Below are positions 9,408 to 19,202 of a stretch of DNA of 64,000 bases, piece by piece. Position 1 is the stretch's first letter. Every line of letters begins with the position of its first letter. Location of the stretch: positions 131,216-195,215 of IMG/VR virus record IMGVR_UViG_3300049049_000146; one strand, 5' to 3'. Origin of the DNA: a virus (lineage: Duplodnaviria; Heunggongvirae; Uroviricota; Caudoviricetes). The position numbers and the translations under genes were made by a program. Below the pieces are notes generated by a model. The model searched no databases. It was given only the letters and a program-made list of their open reading frames with translations, and was not told the DNA's origin.

Positions 9408-10533
9408 ACTCCGTGGCCCCCTTGCGGAGGAGGTACTCCTCGCTGACGCTCTTCAGCTGCACACGCCCACCGCAGCAAAGAGCGCTGCCGCTGACCGGAG
9501 AAATCGCGAAATCCTCCCGCTCGAAGATGGGGCGGAACACGATTCCCTCACGCATGTGCGCCTCCTTGCCGGAGACCGTCTCCTTGCCGCTCGTGTACTC
9601 CTCGATGACTTCCTTCGAGTACGGGCCCCGGTAGAGCACCGGCACACGGGGAATGTCGAGGTCACGGCAATACGAAGTGAGCGTCGCGTCGTTGCAGAAC
9701 TTCCCGGAACCAGGCTCTCCAACGTAGATGTCGAAGATCCGGAATCCGATCGTCTCGTTCTTGCCGACGTTCGCTCCGTAGTTGAGATCCTGGCAGCCAG
9801 CGCCGAAGATTTCCCCGCAGATGAATACGGGAAGGTTGCCCTCGTCTCCGACCAGATTCCAGAATACCCGGTCCATACGCTCTTCGAGCTTGAGCGCCTT
9901 CGCCGTACGGACGTAGAGATTCTTCTCGTTCTCCGGCGCGTCCATCTTGAAGGCAAGGCCCTTCCAGGCCATTCCCTTCGACGACACGACGAGACGACTC
10001 TCATCCTGAGGCTGAAGGCTCTTCGGCATGAGCCCGAAGATTGCGAACGTGCCGTGCACCTTCTCGGTGATGACGATGATTTCGTCGTCCTTGAAGGTGT
10101 CCGGGAAATTCTTCCAGTTCTCCACGTCGTAACGGAGGAGACGACGACCAGTCGCATTGTAGACTGCACCGCTGAAGCCAGCAGGAATGGGCGGCTCGTA
10201 CTTCGTCACTCCAAGAATCTCGGTGACGTCGTCGCCTTCCTTCCAGCCCTCGCGCGCCGGGTAGCAGATTCCCTGACTGAGAACGCCGCGCAGGCGCACC
10301 GCCTTGACGCGATTGAACTCAGGTCCGGCGAGCTTCCCCCCAAGCCCAAGCTCCTCGATGAGAGGCTTAGGACAGAGTGCGCCCTCGGGAATGTACGCAA
10401 CTAGGTCGCCGGTCTTGTAGAGTCCCTTACCGACAACAGCGCGGTACCCGCCGACCTTGGCGCACTCCAGCTTGTCAGCATTCTCATGCGGTCCGATTTC
10501 GATCGGAACCACGCGCACACCGAACGTCGACAT
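9400..10533 (-). CDS. RNA ligase, DRB0094/Rnl5-like family with N-terminal OB fold
   Basis: HENADKLECAKVGGYRAVVGKG OB domain; motif I TEKVHGT; GEIFG, FDI, REGIVFRP, LKSVSEEYLL. Confidence 0.9.
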   Translation of the reverse strand: MSTFGVRVVPIEIGPHENADKLECAKVGGYRAVVGKGLYKTGDLVAYIPEGALCPKPLIEELGLGGKLAGPEFNRVKAVRLRGVLSQGICYPAREGWKEGDDVTEILGVTKYEPPIPAGFSGAVYNATGRRLLRYDVENWKNFPDTFKDDEIIVITEKVHGTFAIFGLMPKSLQPQDESRLVVSSKGMAWKGLAFKMDAPENEKNLYVRTAKALKLEERMDRVFWNLVGDEGNLPVFICGEIFGAGCQDLNYGANVGKNETIGFRIFDIYVGEPGSGKFCNDATLTSYCRDLDIPRVPVLYRGPYSKEVIEEYTSGKETVSGKEAHMREGIVFRPIFEREDFAISPVSGSALCCGGRVQLKSVSEEYLLRKGATEYV

Positions 10534-10814
10534 CAGCGACTCTCCACGAAATAGACGGTGCCTTCCATCATCCCCCACGAGGACGATTCCTGGAACGTGT
10601 ACGTCACCGGCTCCTCGCCTTCCTGAAGCGGACGAGTGAGGTACCAGAGGTCGTCGTCCTTCCAGGTCGCCAGAATGATGTGCTGACCGCGAGGAAGATT
10701 CACCGTCGTCTCACCGCCCCACGTACGGGCCGACTGGTTGTCGGTGCACGACACCAGCAGACTCACCGTGAGCACTGAAAGAACGAATCCGAGAATACCT
10801 ACCTTGAGCTTCAT
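10533..10814 (-). CDS. conserved phage lipoprotein
   Basis: Lipobox LVSC then ARTWGGETTVNLP.GQ....TWKDDDLWYLTRP. Confidence 0.7.
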   Translation of the reverse strand: MKLKVGILGFVLSVLTVSLLVSCTDNQSARTWGGETTVNLPRGQHIILATWKDDDLWYLTRPLQEGEEPVTYTFQESSSWGMMEGTVYFVESR

Positions 10815-11065
10815 TAGTTGATCTCCCTCGACTTCGCGTAATCCCAGAGTGCCATCAATTCGAGGTACTTCGGATACGCTTCATTCTGCGACGGCACTGT
10901 GCCCCGCTCGACAGTTCCCTTCAGTCCATCGATGATGTAGTCCGCGATCTTGATGGCGATGTACGCCTCAGAATTCGCAATACGATGGTTCGCAGCGGCA
11001 TCAACGATGTCAGCCACCGCACGGAGCATGTCGGTCGGAGTGAACTCGAACGCGGGCTTCTTCAT
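10814..11065 (-). CDS. hypothetical protein
   Basis: Tiling. Confidence 0.55.
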   Translation of the reverse strand: MKKPAFEFTPTDMLRAVADIVDAAANHRIANSEAYIAIKIADYIIDGLKGTVERGTVPSQNEAYPKYLELMALWDYAKSREIN

Positions 11066-11081
11066 GCAGAAGCGTTTACAG

Positions 11082-12137
11082 TCAGCGGTACTGTTGTGCC
11101 GCTGCCTTCAGGCGCCTCTCCCGCTCGAATCGAGCGCGCATCCGTCGACGTGCGACGGACTTCTTCCCCTGGTGGGTGTCGTGCATCTTCTTGAAATGCT
11201 GAAGAGCCTCGATGAGGGCCTCTACGTGTCCAGGGTAGAGGAAGAACTCGATCGGCTTCTCACCCGAGCATTGCGCGATGAACGTCGCCGACGTGCCCAT
11301 GAAATAATACTCAGGGTCCTCGTGGGCGATCAGCACGAGCGACGACGAAGAGAAATGATCGTCATCGACACCGACCACTCGAACCGCATCCGGATGCTTC
11401 TCAGCGAATTTGTCGGCAACTTCCATCGCATCGTAGCCGACTTTGTCGCCCATCTTTTTGGCGAATGCATGAGACACGTCGTGAATCTTGGTGTCCCACG
11501 ACTTCTGTCCTTCGGTCTGCTCCTCCTTCGTTGCAGGGCGCTTGCGCTCCTTGCGGCAAAGACGGCAGCGGTCCGTCATGATCATCTTCTTGCCCGTATA
11601 CTGCGACGAGAAGCAATCCCACTTGTGGCGGTGGGGCTTGCTCGGGTCGACGAGCGGGGGCCTATTCCGGTCCCACGCTCTGTCTTGCCGTGCGAGCTTT
11701 GACTCCCGGGCGAGCAGAACCATGATGGCGACCGAAGCACGCTGACGGGCCTCCTCGCTCTCATCTCTCTTACTCGCAATCGAGATGAGGCGGTCCGTGT
11801 TCAGCCTCGTGAAATCACGAAGCTGGAGCTTCTGCTGCTTCTTGCGCACGCCGGGCCCGAGACAATCCTCGATTACCACGTTCGCGGCCCACTCAACCTT
11901 TCCAAACGAAAGAGTCTGACCATGGTCGATAGGCTGGACCTTCTTGAGGTCCGCGACGGGAATCTTCGCCTTCTTCAGGTAATCGCTGGGGATCGTGAAG
12001 AATCGAGTGTCGCCTGTCATGCAGACAACATTCCCGTCCGAATAGCGTGCTCCGATAATGAGCAGCTTGCGGTTCTTCGCGGAGATTACCTCCAACATCT
12101 CCTCCTTCGGGAGGAAATTCATCTGCGTACTCGTCAT
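11082..12137 (-). CDS. hypothetical protein
   Basis: 351-aa ORF, ATGA-coupled. Confidence 0.7.
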   Translation of the reverse strand: MTSTQMNFLPKEEMLEVISAKNRKLLIIGARYSDGNVVCMTGDTRFFTIPSDYLKKAKIPVADLKKVQPIDHGQTLSFGKVEWAANVVIEDCLGPGVRKKQQKLQLRDFTRLNTDRLISIASKRDESEEARQRASVAIMVLLARESKLARQDRAWDRNRPPLVDPSKPHRHKWDCFSSQYTGKKMIMTDRCRLCRKERKRPATKEEQTEGQKSWDTKIHDVSHAFAKKMGDKVGYDAMEVADKFAEKHPDAVRVVGVDDDHFSSSSLVLIAHEDPEYYFMGTSATFIAQCSGEKPIEFFLYPGHVEALIEALQHFKKMHDTHQGKKSVARRRMRARFERERRLKAAAQQYR

Positions 12138-12424
12138 ACGTTCTCCAGAGTCAGGTCGCCACGAAGCGGCTTGGACGCAAGCTCGGCTTCAAGCACCGAG
12201 GCATCCTGGCGGAGCCTATGCCAGTTGCGGAATGCGTCGTAGTACATTTGCATGTACGTAGCACGCTCTTCTTCGGGTGCCGTCCGCGCAGCCTCGTGCG
12301 CATCGACGGTCTCTTTCTCCCAATGAGCAATTCCCAGGGCGACGATCTTCCGAACGACCGCGGAGATATCCTGGGGCGGACGCTTGGCGAGCTTTTCGAC
12401 AAGGGCCTTTTCCTGGTCGTTCAT
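12134..12424 (-). CDS. hypothetical protein
   Basis: Tiling. Confidence 0.6.
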   Translation of the reverse strand: MNDQEKALVEKLAKRPPQDISAVVRKIVALGIAHWEKETVDAHEAARTAPEEERATYMQMYYDAFRNWHRLRQDASVLEAELASKPLRGDLTLENV

Positions 12425-12744
12425 CAGAACGTCCTCTTTTCCTTCGTCAACGCGAAGCGCAGCCGAGCCACCTCGTGGTGGTTCTCGAACGCCTCGTTGT
12501 ACCGGGCCCTCGTCTTCTTCAGCGTCTCCGGGTCGAGGTCTCCGCGCTTGAGATCTTCGAGCGCGTCATGATAGATCTTCGCCCAGTTGTTCTTGGAGAC
12601 GTCGAGCAGGTGGACGAGCACCTTTTCGATTTCATGGGCATGGCGCTTCGACAGAGCCTTGAGAAAGGTCTGCATCGCGTCCTTGGTCTCGGTCTTAGCT
12701 GCGGTCGACATAGAGCCTCCTCTGCCGTCACGTTGACGGCTCAT
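12424..12744 (-). CDS. hypothetical protein
   Basis: Directly downstream of a class A motif. Confidence 0.6.
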   Translation of the reverse strand: MSRQRDGRGGSMSTAAKTETKDAMQTFLKALSKRHAHEIEKVLVHLLDVSKNNWAKIYHDALEDLKRGDLDPETLKKTRARYNEAFENHHEVARLRFALTKEKRTF

Positions 12745-12754
12745 CTCGTTGCTC

Positions 12755-12771
12755 TACTATCGACGGACTTT
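12755..12771 (-). promoter_or_regulatory. class A promoter-like motif, copy 2
   Basis: AAAGTCCGTCGATAGTA. Confidence 0.75.
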
Positions 12772-12773
12772 TG

Positions 12774-13172
12774 CTAAGTATTGCCTATGCCTGGGTCCGT
12801 ACGTCTGCGCTTGGGCGTACGGACCTCGTCGCGAATCTCTTGAAGAACCTGACGCCACTGATAGCCTTCCTGGAAGGCTACGTTCAGGGCATTCTCAATC
12901 AACTCAAGAAAGCGCACATAGTCATCTGGGTCGATGTCCGCCCCGACCATCTGGTGCAAGACCTCCTGGGCCTTGCGCCTATACGATGGGATTTCGAGCG
13001 TAATCTCATCATCCCATTCGTGGCGGTACTTCTTGTCCACAATCCTAAATACCGCCAAAGCACTGCGTATCGTTCTCGATGTCGACGATACGTCAGCGGT
13101 TGAAATATCGCAGCGCGTTGTAAAGCCGACGATTGTAGTCGGCGAAAGTATTGTACCCGTCCAGAAGCTCAT
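12774..13172 (-). CDS. hypothetical protein (true start probably near 13096)
   Basis: ORF track; tiling. Confidence 0.55.
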   Translation of the reverse strand: MSFWTGTILSPTTIVGFTTRCDISTADVSSTSRTIRSALAVFRIVDKKYRHEWDDEITLEIPSYRRKAQEVLHQMVGADIDPDDYVRFLELIENALNVAFQEGYQWRQVLQEIRDEVRTPKRRRTDPGIGNT

Positions 13173-13473
13173 CCCACGTGAGCCACTTCACGTCACCCTC
13201 GTCCACGTCGGGATGAATCTCACCCGTGAATTCGGCAGCAAAGGTCGAGCACACAGTGGTGCGGCACACAGCCTGGAAGACGAGCTTGAGGTTCGAGACT
13301 TCAAGGCCCGTCTCTTCCTTCGCCTCGCGTGCAGCCGCCTGTTCAAGACTCTCGCCGGGCTCGACCTTCCCACCAGGAAGGCCCCAATCCCCGCGGTCAT
13401 CCCGACGCGAAACAGCCAGGACCTTTCCGTCCTTCACGAGGAGAACGCATGCACTCTGAGGCATCTTAGACAT
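13093..13473 (-). CDS. Nudix hydrolase (MutT-like)
   Basis: WGLPGGKVEPGESLEQAAAREAKEETGL. Confidence 0.9.
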   Translation of the reverse strand: MSKMPQSACVLLVKDGKVLAVSRRDDRGDWGLPGGKVEPGESLEQAAAREAKEETGLEVSNLKLVFQAVCRTTVCSTFAAEFTGEIHPDVDEGDVKWLTWDELLDGYNTFADYNRRLYNALRYFNR

Positions 13474-13945
13474 CAGACTCTTCCTTGATGATCTTGTCTC
13501 GAAGTTCCATCCAAAGCTGGCCCAGGCGATTCTTGCCGGACCCATCAGCACCACAGCCCCAGTAATAGTCGGAGGGCGAGTCCTCGACGATCTTCTCACC
13601 CACCGTAGCCATGAGGGCTTCCTTGACTTCCGGATGCTGCTCGGCCTTTGCGGCGAGCGCCTGACGCATCACGTTGTCCTTGATCTTTTCCCAATCCCGA
13701 CGCAGCGGCTTCTTCTTATCCCTGCCCAGCTGTGCTGCGATCTTCGGGTTGTTCGTCTTCCTGATCTCTTCGGCGTAAGCCGGTTCGGTCGTGATGAATT
13801 TCTGCGCCTGGTAGTAAGCTTCCGTAGTCGGGTATCGCTTACCGCCGATTACGACAGCATGACGCGAGAAATTCGAAAAGCAACCGTATTCGCCACGAGT
13901 CGAGTAGAACTTGACCGTCATGCGAGTCTGGGCTGTCCCTTCCAC
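13466..13945 (-). CDS. NADAR/YbiA family protein
   Basis: FYST..EYGCFSNFS, YPTTEAYYQAQKF, DWEKIKDNVM, KAEQH, EDSPSDYYWGCGADGSGKNRLGQLWMELR. Confidence 0.92.
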   Translation of the reverse strand: MEGTAQTRMTVKFYSTRGEYGCFSNFSRHAVVIGGKRYPTTEAYYQAQKFITTEPAYAEEIRKTNNPKIAAQLGRDKKKPLRRDWEKIKDNVMRQALAAKAEQHPEVKEALMATVGEKIVEDSPSDYYWGCGADGSGKNRLGQLWMELRDKIIKEESDV

Positions 13946-14232
13946 ACCTCGGGCTCAGGCTCATCGTCGAGCAGAATTCGGTACAGGTGGTTCACCCCAC
14001 AGGTGACTTCCTCTTTACCGACTCTGACGATGTACGTGCCCTCCGAAGGTGCCTCAAGGATCGTCACGATGGCGAAACCACGCGCCTCGTAAAGACCCTT
14101 CGAGTTCAATCTGACGTATTCGATGTGATGAGCCGGCACGTTCGTCATGTCCGAGTAGCTTACGGACACACGTAGAAGTGCCTTCTTACCGATGTAATCC
14201 GACTTCCAATCCACAGCTGCCATGATCTCCAT
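13918..14232 (-). CDS. hypothetical protein
   Basis: Tiling. Confidence 0.55.
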   Translation of the reverse strand: MEIMAAVDWKSDYIGKKALLRVSVSYSDMTNVPAHHIEYVRLNSKGLYEARGFAIVTILEAPSEGTYIVRVGKEEVTCGVNHLYRILLDDEPEPEVWKGQPRLA

Positions 14233-14233
14233 C

Positions 14234-15001
14234 TCAAACTCCTACCATCTGCTTCCACCGAGCTTCGATCATTTGAACATAGAGGTGCGACGGGAGTCCG
14301 TACGACCCCAAGGAAAAAGCATCGTTAGCTTCAACAAGCAAAGTCGGGTTGCGAATCTTCTCCGGACGCTCCGGGAATTCCGCTACGCCTACGTCAAGCG
14401 AATACGCGGCCTGCTCCATGACCTTCGCCTTACGCACCATGCGCTTGATCGTGTCCCCGTTCGGAAACACGAGGGGGTCTCCCGCATAGTGCCGGACACC
14501 TACGACATCGCCCTTCAGAATGAACACTCTGTATTCCGAAAGGAACTTGATCGCAGAGAGTGCCCACACCTTGAATTCCGGAGGAAGACTGGATGTAGGC
14601 AGCAGGTCCTTGAACTCTCGAATGACACGACCCGTGAAGGCTTTGTGCTCCTCCACAGGCTTGATGAATACCGGACGGAAATCCTTCGACGCGATAGCGT
14701 CGTGGATAGCCTGGAGTGTAGTCTGCCTCGGCGGATGATCCATGAAGTCCTGCCGCAGACAGTACGGGTAGTCGAAGTTCTCCGGAGACCTCACGCCCAG
14801 CTGGTTCAGCGCCTCGCGCACACAGCCGATGCCCCCGGCAACAATGGTCTCCTTCGAGAGTGGGACGGCCCGGCTACGAAGCTCGTTCTCGGTGAACGAG
14901 AGAACTTCATAGCCGCGCATGCGGAATCCGTGAGCGGCAGAGAACGTGTTTTCGTTCAGCCACTCACCGGATTCATTCTTCTGTACGAAGACAGTAGTCA
15001 T
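14234..15001 (-). CDS. ATP-grasp domain protein (DUF4343/R2K-like)
   Basis: PVFIKP...K.FTGRV, SEYRVFI, RHYAGD, AYSLDVG, LVEANDAFSLGSYGL. Confidence 0.85.
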   Translation of the reverse strand: MTTVFVQKNESGEWLNENTFSAAHGFRMRGYEVLSFTENELRSRAVPLSKETIVAGGIGCVREALNQLGVRSPENFDYPYCLRQDFMDHPPRQTTLQAIHDAIASKDFRPVFIKPVEEHKAFTGRVIREFKDLLPTSSLPPEFKVWALSAIKFLSEYRVFILKGDVVGVRHYAGDPLVFPNGDTIKRMVRKAKVMEQAAYSLDVGVAEFPERPEKIRNPTLLVEANDAFSLGSYGLPSHLYVQMIEARWKQMVGV

Positions 15002-15411
15002 TCACCCTGAGCGAGGAAGAACCAGATATCGTTGTCCGTACCGTTCTCAGGAACGATCTCGGTGCGCTCGATGAGTCGAGCAAGCTCGGTCATGAGGATG
15101 TGGTTCGGGATGTTGTACTTCTTGAGGTACTCGCCCTTCAGAAGCTTGAGACTGCACGCCTCGTTGCGCAGCGCAGTCTTGATGGCAATGCGAACAAAGG
15201 CCGGGTCCTGCCCCGGAGCGATAAGACGATCGGCCAGATGCTGAGCATCTTCGAACGTCTTGTACGGACCGTACTCCTTCACCTTGTAGGTGTCCACGTC
15301 AGTCTCTACGGTATCAGCGAGCGTCACCCAGTAAATCTCACCGGCGCGCTCAATGTAAGCCTTACCGTTCGCCCACATTCCATCCATTACCGAAATCCAC
15401 TGCGAAGTCAT
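14998..15411 (-). CDS. hypothetical protein
   Basis: Start moved to MTSQWIS, downstream of a TCTGTAAA motif. Confidence 0.55.
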   Translation of the reverse strand: MTSQWISVMDGMWANGKAYIERAGEIYWVTLADTVETDVDTYKVKEYGPYKTFEDAQHLADRLIAPGQDPAFVRIAIKTALRNEACSLKLLKGEYLKKYNIPNHILMTELARLIERTEIVPENGTDNDIWFFLAQGE

Positions 15412-15481
15412 GAGCCTGAACTGAACTCCTCTCGTGCATTTCTCTTTACAGAGTCGCGAATTCAGGCTATTTACCTCGTAG

Positions 15482-16042
15482 ATGCCTACATACATCTGCG
15501 GGTACGAAGTCACAGATACAGCCTACTCTTATCGGCTGCGTCGGTGGGAATGTCGCCTCACGATCGTCAAAGACCCAATCGGCGACCCGGGCGAAGTCGT
15601 TAGAATTCACGGATTCGGAAGAACGCCAAGCTTGGCTTTCGACCTCGCGTGTGAAGTCCTTCGAGCCCAGGGAAATAGAGCGGGCCTCGACGACGCGAAT
15701 AACAACGTCGCCGAACACCACCCTGAACCCGCTCAGCAGCCCCCAGAGCCGCCGAAGAATCGGCACAGGCTCGATGGGCTAAAAACCAGAGAGCCGTTGA
15801 GGCAGCCTCGATTCACATCCGACGGAGAGCCCGTCGATGACGTTTTCGAGAAGCACTCAATCGACGCCTTCGACAAGATGACCCAGGAGGTCACCTACGA
15901 TAAGAAGACGCGTCGGCGTTCTGGTTCAGTTCCCGAGAAGCACGGGCGCCAGCAGGGTAGCGGACCTAACGGGAAGCGCCGCAGGCGCAAGAAGAAAGGT
16001 CACGGGAAGAAGGGCTACCACAACATGCCGGTGCGCCGCTGA
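15482..16042 (+). CDS. hypothetical protein, possible dsRBD-like N-terminus and basic tail
   Basis: WECRLTI...IHGFGRTPSLAFDLACEVL; C-terminal RRRRKKKGHGKK; occupies a gap between minus-strand genes. Confidence 0.55.
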   Translation: MPTYICGYEVTDTAYSYRLRRWECRLTIVKDPIGDPGEVVRIHGFGRTPSLAFDLACEVLRAQGNRAGLDDANNNVAEHHPEPAQQPPEPPKNRHRLDGLKTREPLRQPRFTSDGEPVDDVFEKHSIDAFDKMTQEVTYDKKTRRRSGSVPEKHGRQQGSGPNGKRRRRKKKGHGKKGYHNMPVRR

Positions 16043-16460
16043 CCTCGCGGAGTCGCTGTTCGATGACGTCAGCGATTGTCCTGAGCCGCTTCATGTCTTC
16101 ACGAAGCTGGTCAAGTGTGATCGTCAGGTCGGTGCGCGGCCCAGGGATCTTGCTCGCTGCTTCGATGATCGCAGAGACCTGGCGCACCTTGGCCTTCTCG
16201 CGGTAATTCCCGCGATGCGGCTCAAACACCTCAACGGCAGGAGGCGGAGGAGGCGGCCCCTTCCAGAAGTTGGAGGCAATCTTCTTGATGCCGGACCAGG
16301 CCCAATTGATCATGTACGCCCAGTACAAGATCGCAAATCCAATCCCGAACGGGTTGTTCAGGAGGACAATCAACGGCCTTCCCAGGTCCACCCAAAGGAT
16401 GAACGTTGAGAGCAGCAACGACCACCCTACCAAGTTGGTAGCTTTCTGCATCGTCGACAT
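15966..16460 (-). CDS. membrane protein
   Basis: Two TM segments, polyproline linker, coiled-coil end. Confidence 0.65.
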   Translation of the reverse strand: MSTMQKATNLVGWSLLLSTFILWVDLGRPLIVLLNNPFGIGFAILYWAYMINWAWSGIKKIASNFWKGPPPPPPAVEVFEPHRGNYREKAKVRQVSAIIEAASKIPGPRTDLTITLDQLREDMKRLRTIADVIEQRLREVSGAPACCGSPSSRDLSSCACGASR

Positions 16461-16476
16461 ATTATCGTCAGACTTT
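16460..16476 (-). promoter_or_regulatory. class A promoter-like motif, copy 3
   Basis: AAAGTCTGACGATAATA abutting the ATG. Confidence 0.65.
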
Positions 16477-16764
16477 GGTAGCGGTCGCTCTCAAGTTACG
16501 CAGGACATCCTGAAGACCTGCGCGCCATCCCTTAGCAAACTCTTCCGACTCGAATGGTAGGTCGTTCTGGAGCATCTGCTCCACCTCTTCAATCGCTCGG
16601 TTGAGTCCGTTCGTATAACCCTCGGCACGTCCGTAGAGCTTCGCTCGCGCCCAATCCATATCCTGGCGGGAGCGAGCGAAGTCCTCGAACGTCTCGCCGC
16701 GGCCGAGAGCTTCGATCATATCATCGAGCGAAAGCTCGGGGCCCTTGGCGTGAGACGACATCAC
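16468..16764 (-). CDS. hypothetical protein
   Basis: ATGA-coupled to the Thg1 gene. Confidence 0.6.
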   Translation of the reverse strand: MMSSHAKGPELSLDDMIEALGRGETFEDFARSRQDMDWARAKLYGRAEGYTNGLNRAIEEVEQMLQNDLPFESEEFAKGWRAGLQDVLRNLRATATKV

Positions 16765-17510
16765 TCCTCCTCAACTTCGAGGTAGCGGTTGACGTACTCG
16801 CGGTTCTCCGTGAAGATCGGAGGATTGTTATCCACGACCCAACGGGTGCGCGAAACCTTCCCCTCACTACCCACGCCGTCGACTTCGTACGTCTCCTTCA
16901 CGATGCAGCGACCACGCTTGAGGTGCGCGGGCAAATCGTTCCAGTTACGTCCCTTCTGGAAGCACATCTCCTGAAGCTGCGGGTTGTTCTTCAGGTGACA
17001 TTCCTTGTGCGAATACAAGGAACGGGCGAGCATCTGGACCGAGTTGCGGGTCCAGTCCTGCTGCCTCCAGATGAAGTAGTTGCAAACCTCGGCCTCCGGC
17101 AGCACGAATACACGGCTGTCGAAGGTCGCGATGCGGGTCTCACCGAACAGCTTCGCAGACCCGTCGGTGAACACAGTCGACGCAACAGCGGCGCTGATGC
17201 TGACCATCTTCTGGATCTGGTTGTCGAACCACGCCTGGGTCGAGAACTTCTTGTACGGGTGCAGAAGGATGCTGATTTCGTCACTCTGGACGAAAGCAAA
17301 CTGCGCGGTCTGAAGCTCCTTACAGAGAGCCAGCGCAGTAACGTTCATGACGTCCTGCAATTCCTCGCTGAACGGCTGCAGGCCGCGGGTGTACGTGTGG
17401 AAAGCTCGGCCGTCCACGCGAATGATCGTGGGCATGCGCCCAGGAAGAACCGAGCGGAACGCCCGCTCGTATCCCTTCATACGATCGCCGAGAGAATCCT
17501 TTTCAGTCAT
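16761..17510 (-). CDS. thg1: tRNA(His) guanylyltransferase / Thg1-like protein (3'-5' polymerase)
   Basis: LGDRMKGYE, IIRVDGRAFHTYT, FVQSDEISILL, FDSRVF, YFIWRQQDWTRNS. Confidence 0.93.
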   Translation of the reverse strand: MTEKDSLGDRMKGYERAFRSVLPGRMPTIIRVDGRAFHTYTRGLQPFSEELQDVMNVTALALCKELQTAQFAFVQSDEISILLHPYKKFSTQAWFDNQIQKMVSISAAVASTVFTDGSAKLFGETRIATFDSRVFVLPEAEVCNYFIWRQQDWTRNSVQMLARSLYSHKECHLKNNPQLQEMCFQKGRNWNDLPAHLKRGRCIVKETYEVDGVGSEGKVSRTRWVVDNNPPIFTENREYVNRYLEVEEE

Positions 17511-18481
17511 ACGAACTCCCAGTGCCTAATGAGTTGGGGTTGAGCCAAAACCATCGACTCGCAAAGATACGTCACGATTTGAGTCGAAGCAAAGTAACTA
17601 ACAGCGTGCCGTACTTCGTACTTTCGCTCGAAGATAGAAACCAGGTTCTGACCGCGAAGAGCGAAGAACTCCATCGGAGCGAGGGTATCGGTGAAGTAGA
17701 TCATCCGCCCCTCGAACATGACCTGCATCTTGTTCTCGTCGTGGACAAGCTCCTTATGGATGCCCATCCCTGCTACGACGCAGGCGACATTGGTCGCCTG
17801 AGACAGAAGCTTCGCCATCAAATGAGCGAAGCCACGCGGGCGCGCAGTGTCCGTTGTATGCTGCGTGCTTAGGCCGAAGTTAGTAGCTCCGGCACGAAGA
17901 AGAGAGACGAAGATCTTGTCTTCCTTCTTCGCAAGCTCCTGGTTGTTATTGTGGAGCGCGAGGTACAGAGCCTCTGTTGGGTTAAACCCATACGCCAGTA
18001 TCTCGCGGTCGTCCATGAAGGATTCGACGTAGATCATGAACTCGTCCGGGTACACTGAACCGGCTGTGTAATTCGGACGAATCGTAGGAGTGCCGTCAAC
18101 GTGCGCGACTATAGTCGACGACACAGTATCCAGCCCTCGCAGAGGAACAGCGCCGATCTCACCCTTTGTCAGGGCACGGACGTACGAAAGTGCTCGTGCA
18201 ACACCACCCGTGTACTTCGCGTAACGACATGCGTTATCGAACGCCTCGATGCGACGGGAAGCCAATGTGGTCTGGTAATCAGGAACATACCTAACCGCAT
18301 CGCCGCCACACGTGCACGTACGCCCGGTACGACTTCCTTCAGCCGGAATTGAGCACGCCCGACACACGTCAAGCGCTACCCATTCATTGCCGTCACCACA
18401 GTTCGGATTTGCACACGAAGGCCCCATGACGCCTTCGTAGAAATCCGGGTGCTTACATACTGGGCACTGCATTCTCTTCAA
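17507..18481 (-). CDS. hypothetical protein with N-terminal Zn ribbon
   Basis: CPVC...YEG..GPSCANPNC; second CxxC...CxC cluster. Confidence 0.65.
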   Translation of the reverse strand: MKRMQCPVCKHPDFYEGVMGPSCANPNCGDGNEWVALDVCRACSIPAEGSRTGRTCTCGGDAVRYVPDYQTTLASRRIEAFDNACRYAKYTGGVARALSYVRALTKGEIGAVPLRGLDTVSSTIVAHVDGTPTIRPNYTAGSVYPDEFMIYVESFMDDREILAYGFNPTEALYLALHNNNQELAKKEDKIFVSLLRAGATNFGLSTQHTTDTARPRGFAHLMAKLLSQATNVACVVAGMGIHKELVHDENKMQVMFEGRMIYFTDTLAPMEFFALRGQNLVSIFERKYEVRHAVSYFASTQIVTYLCESMVLAQPQLIRHWEFV

Positions 18482-18719
18482 GCTCCTGCCTGAGGCGACG
18501 AATTTCAGCGATTAGCGCTGCAATATCCTCAGGAGCACTGGCAATGAGGTTTGCCATACCTGCTCCATGCACAAGGTCGGTACTGGTACAGTAAGTGAGA
18601 GCAATCGCTTCACCACCGTTGTCTCGGACAGCACCGCTGTGTTGAGTGCGCTTCTCCGCTACCCAGGGTAATCCGATGCCCACCGTCCATCGAGCTTCAA
18701 TGTCGTCGATGTCGAGCAT
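18453..18719 (-). CDS. hypothetical protein (Ead/Ea22-like tail)
   Basis: ANLIASAPEDIAALIAEIRRLR common phage motif. Confidence 0.6.
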   Translation of the reverse strand: MLDIDDIEARWTVGIGLPWVAEKRTQHSGAVRDNGGEAIALTYCTSTDLVHGAGMANLIASAPEDIAALIAEIRRLRQELEENAVPSM

Positions 18720-18720
18720 G

Positions 18721-18921
18721 TCACACCCTGTCGTAATCCAAGCCAAGGTCGTTGAGAATGTCCTCGAACTCTTCATCGGACACACCGTGCGGCCAAACGA
18801 CGATGCTGTCCGCGCTCACATTATTGGCGGAGTAATCAAAGCCAATAGTGTTTGCGTTCTCTTCGGCCCAGATAGCTGGGTCCTCGCCGTGAGTCCATAT
18901 GCAGTACATCGAAGACATCAT
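18721..18921 (-). CDS. hypothetical acidic protein
   Basis: Tiling. Confidence 0.5.
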   Translation of the reverse strand: MMSSMYCIWTHGEDPAIWAEENANTIGFDYSANNVSADSIVVWPHGVSDEEFEDILNDLGLDYDRV

Positions 18922-19202
18922 TTCCCCTGAGACTGAGAGTACACGCTGTCGCCCACGTGTGCAGTAGCTCTTACAGAGTCGACCTGATTCTGAGCCGCAG
19001 AATCCACTGCGGCTCGCCAAGAGTCGTAGCAGTCGGAGACGAAACGGCACACGAGATCCGTGGCTTCGTGTTCGCTCATCGAATAATGAGAGGCGACGTA
19101 CGCAACGACGTCGTCAATCTTCACTCGAAACGGCCTCCGTTCGCTCACTGTTCTCAGCCTCCGAGCTTCTGAAGGTGGGCGGTCACGGTCGCCATGATCC
19201 AC
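18918..19202 (-). CDS. hypothetical protein
   Basis: Tiling; start uncertain. Confidence 0.45.
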   Translation of the reverse strand: MDHGDRDRPPSEARRLRTVSERRPFRVKIDDVVAYVASHYSMSEHEATDLVCRFVSDCYDSWRAAVDSAAQNQVDSVRATAHVGDSVYSQSQGK

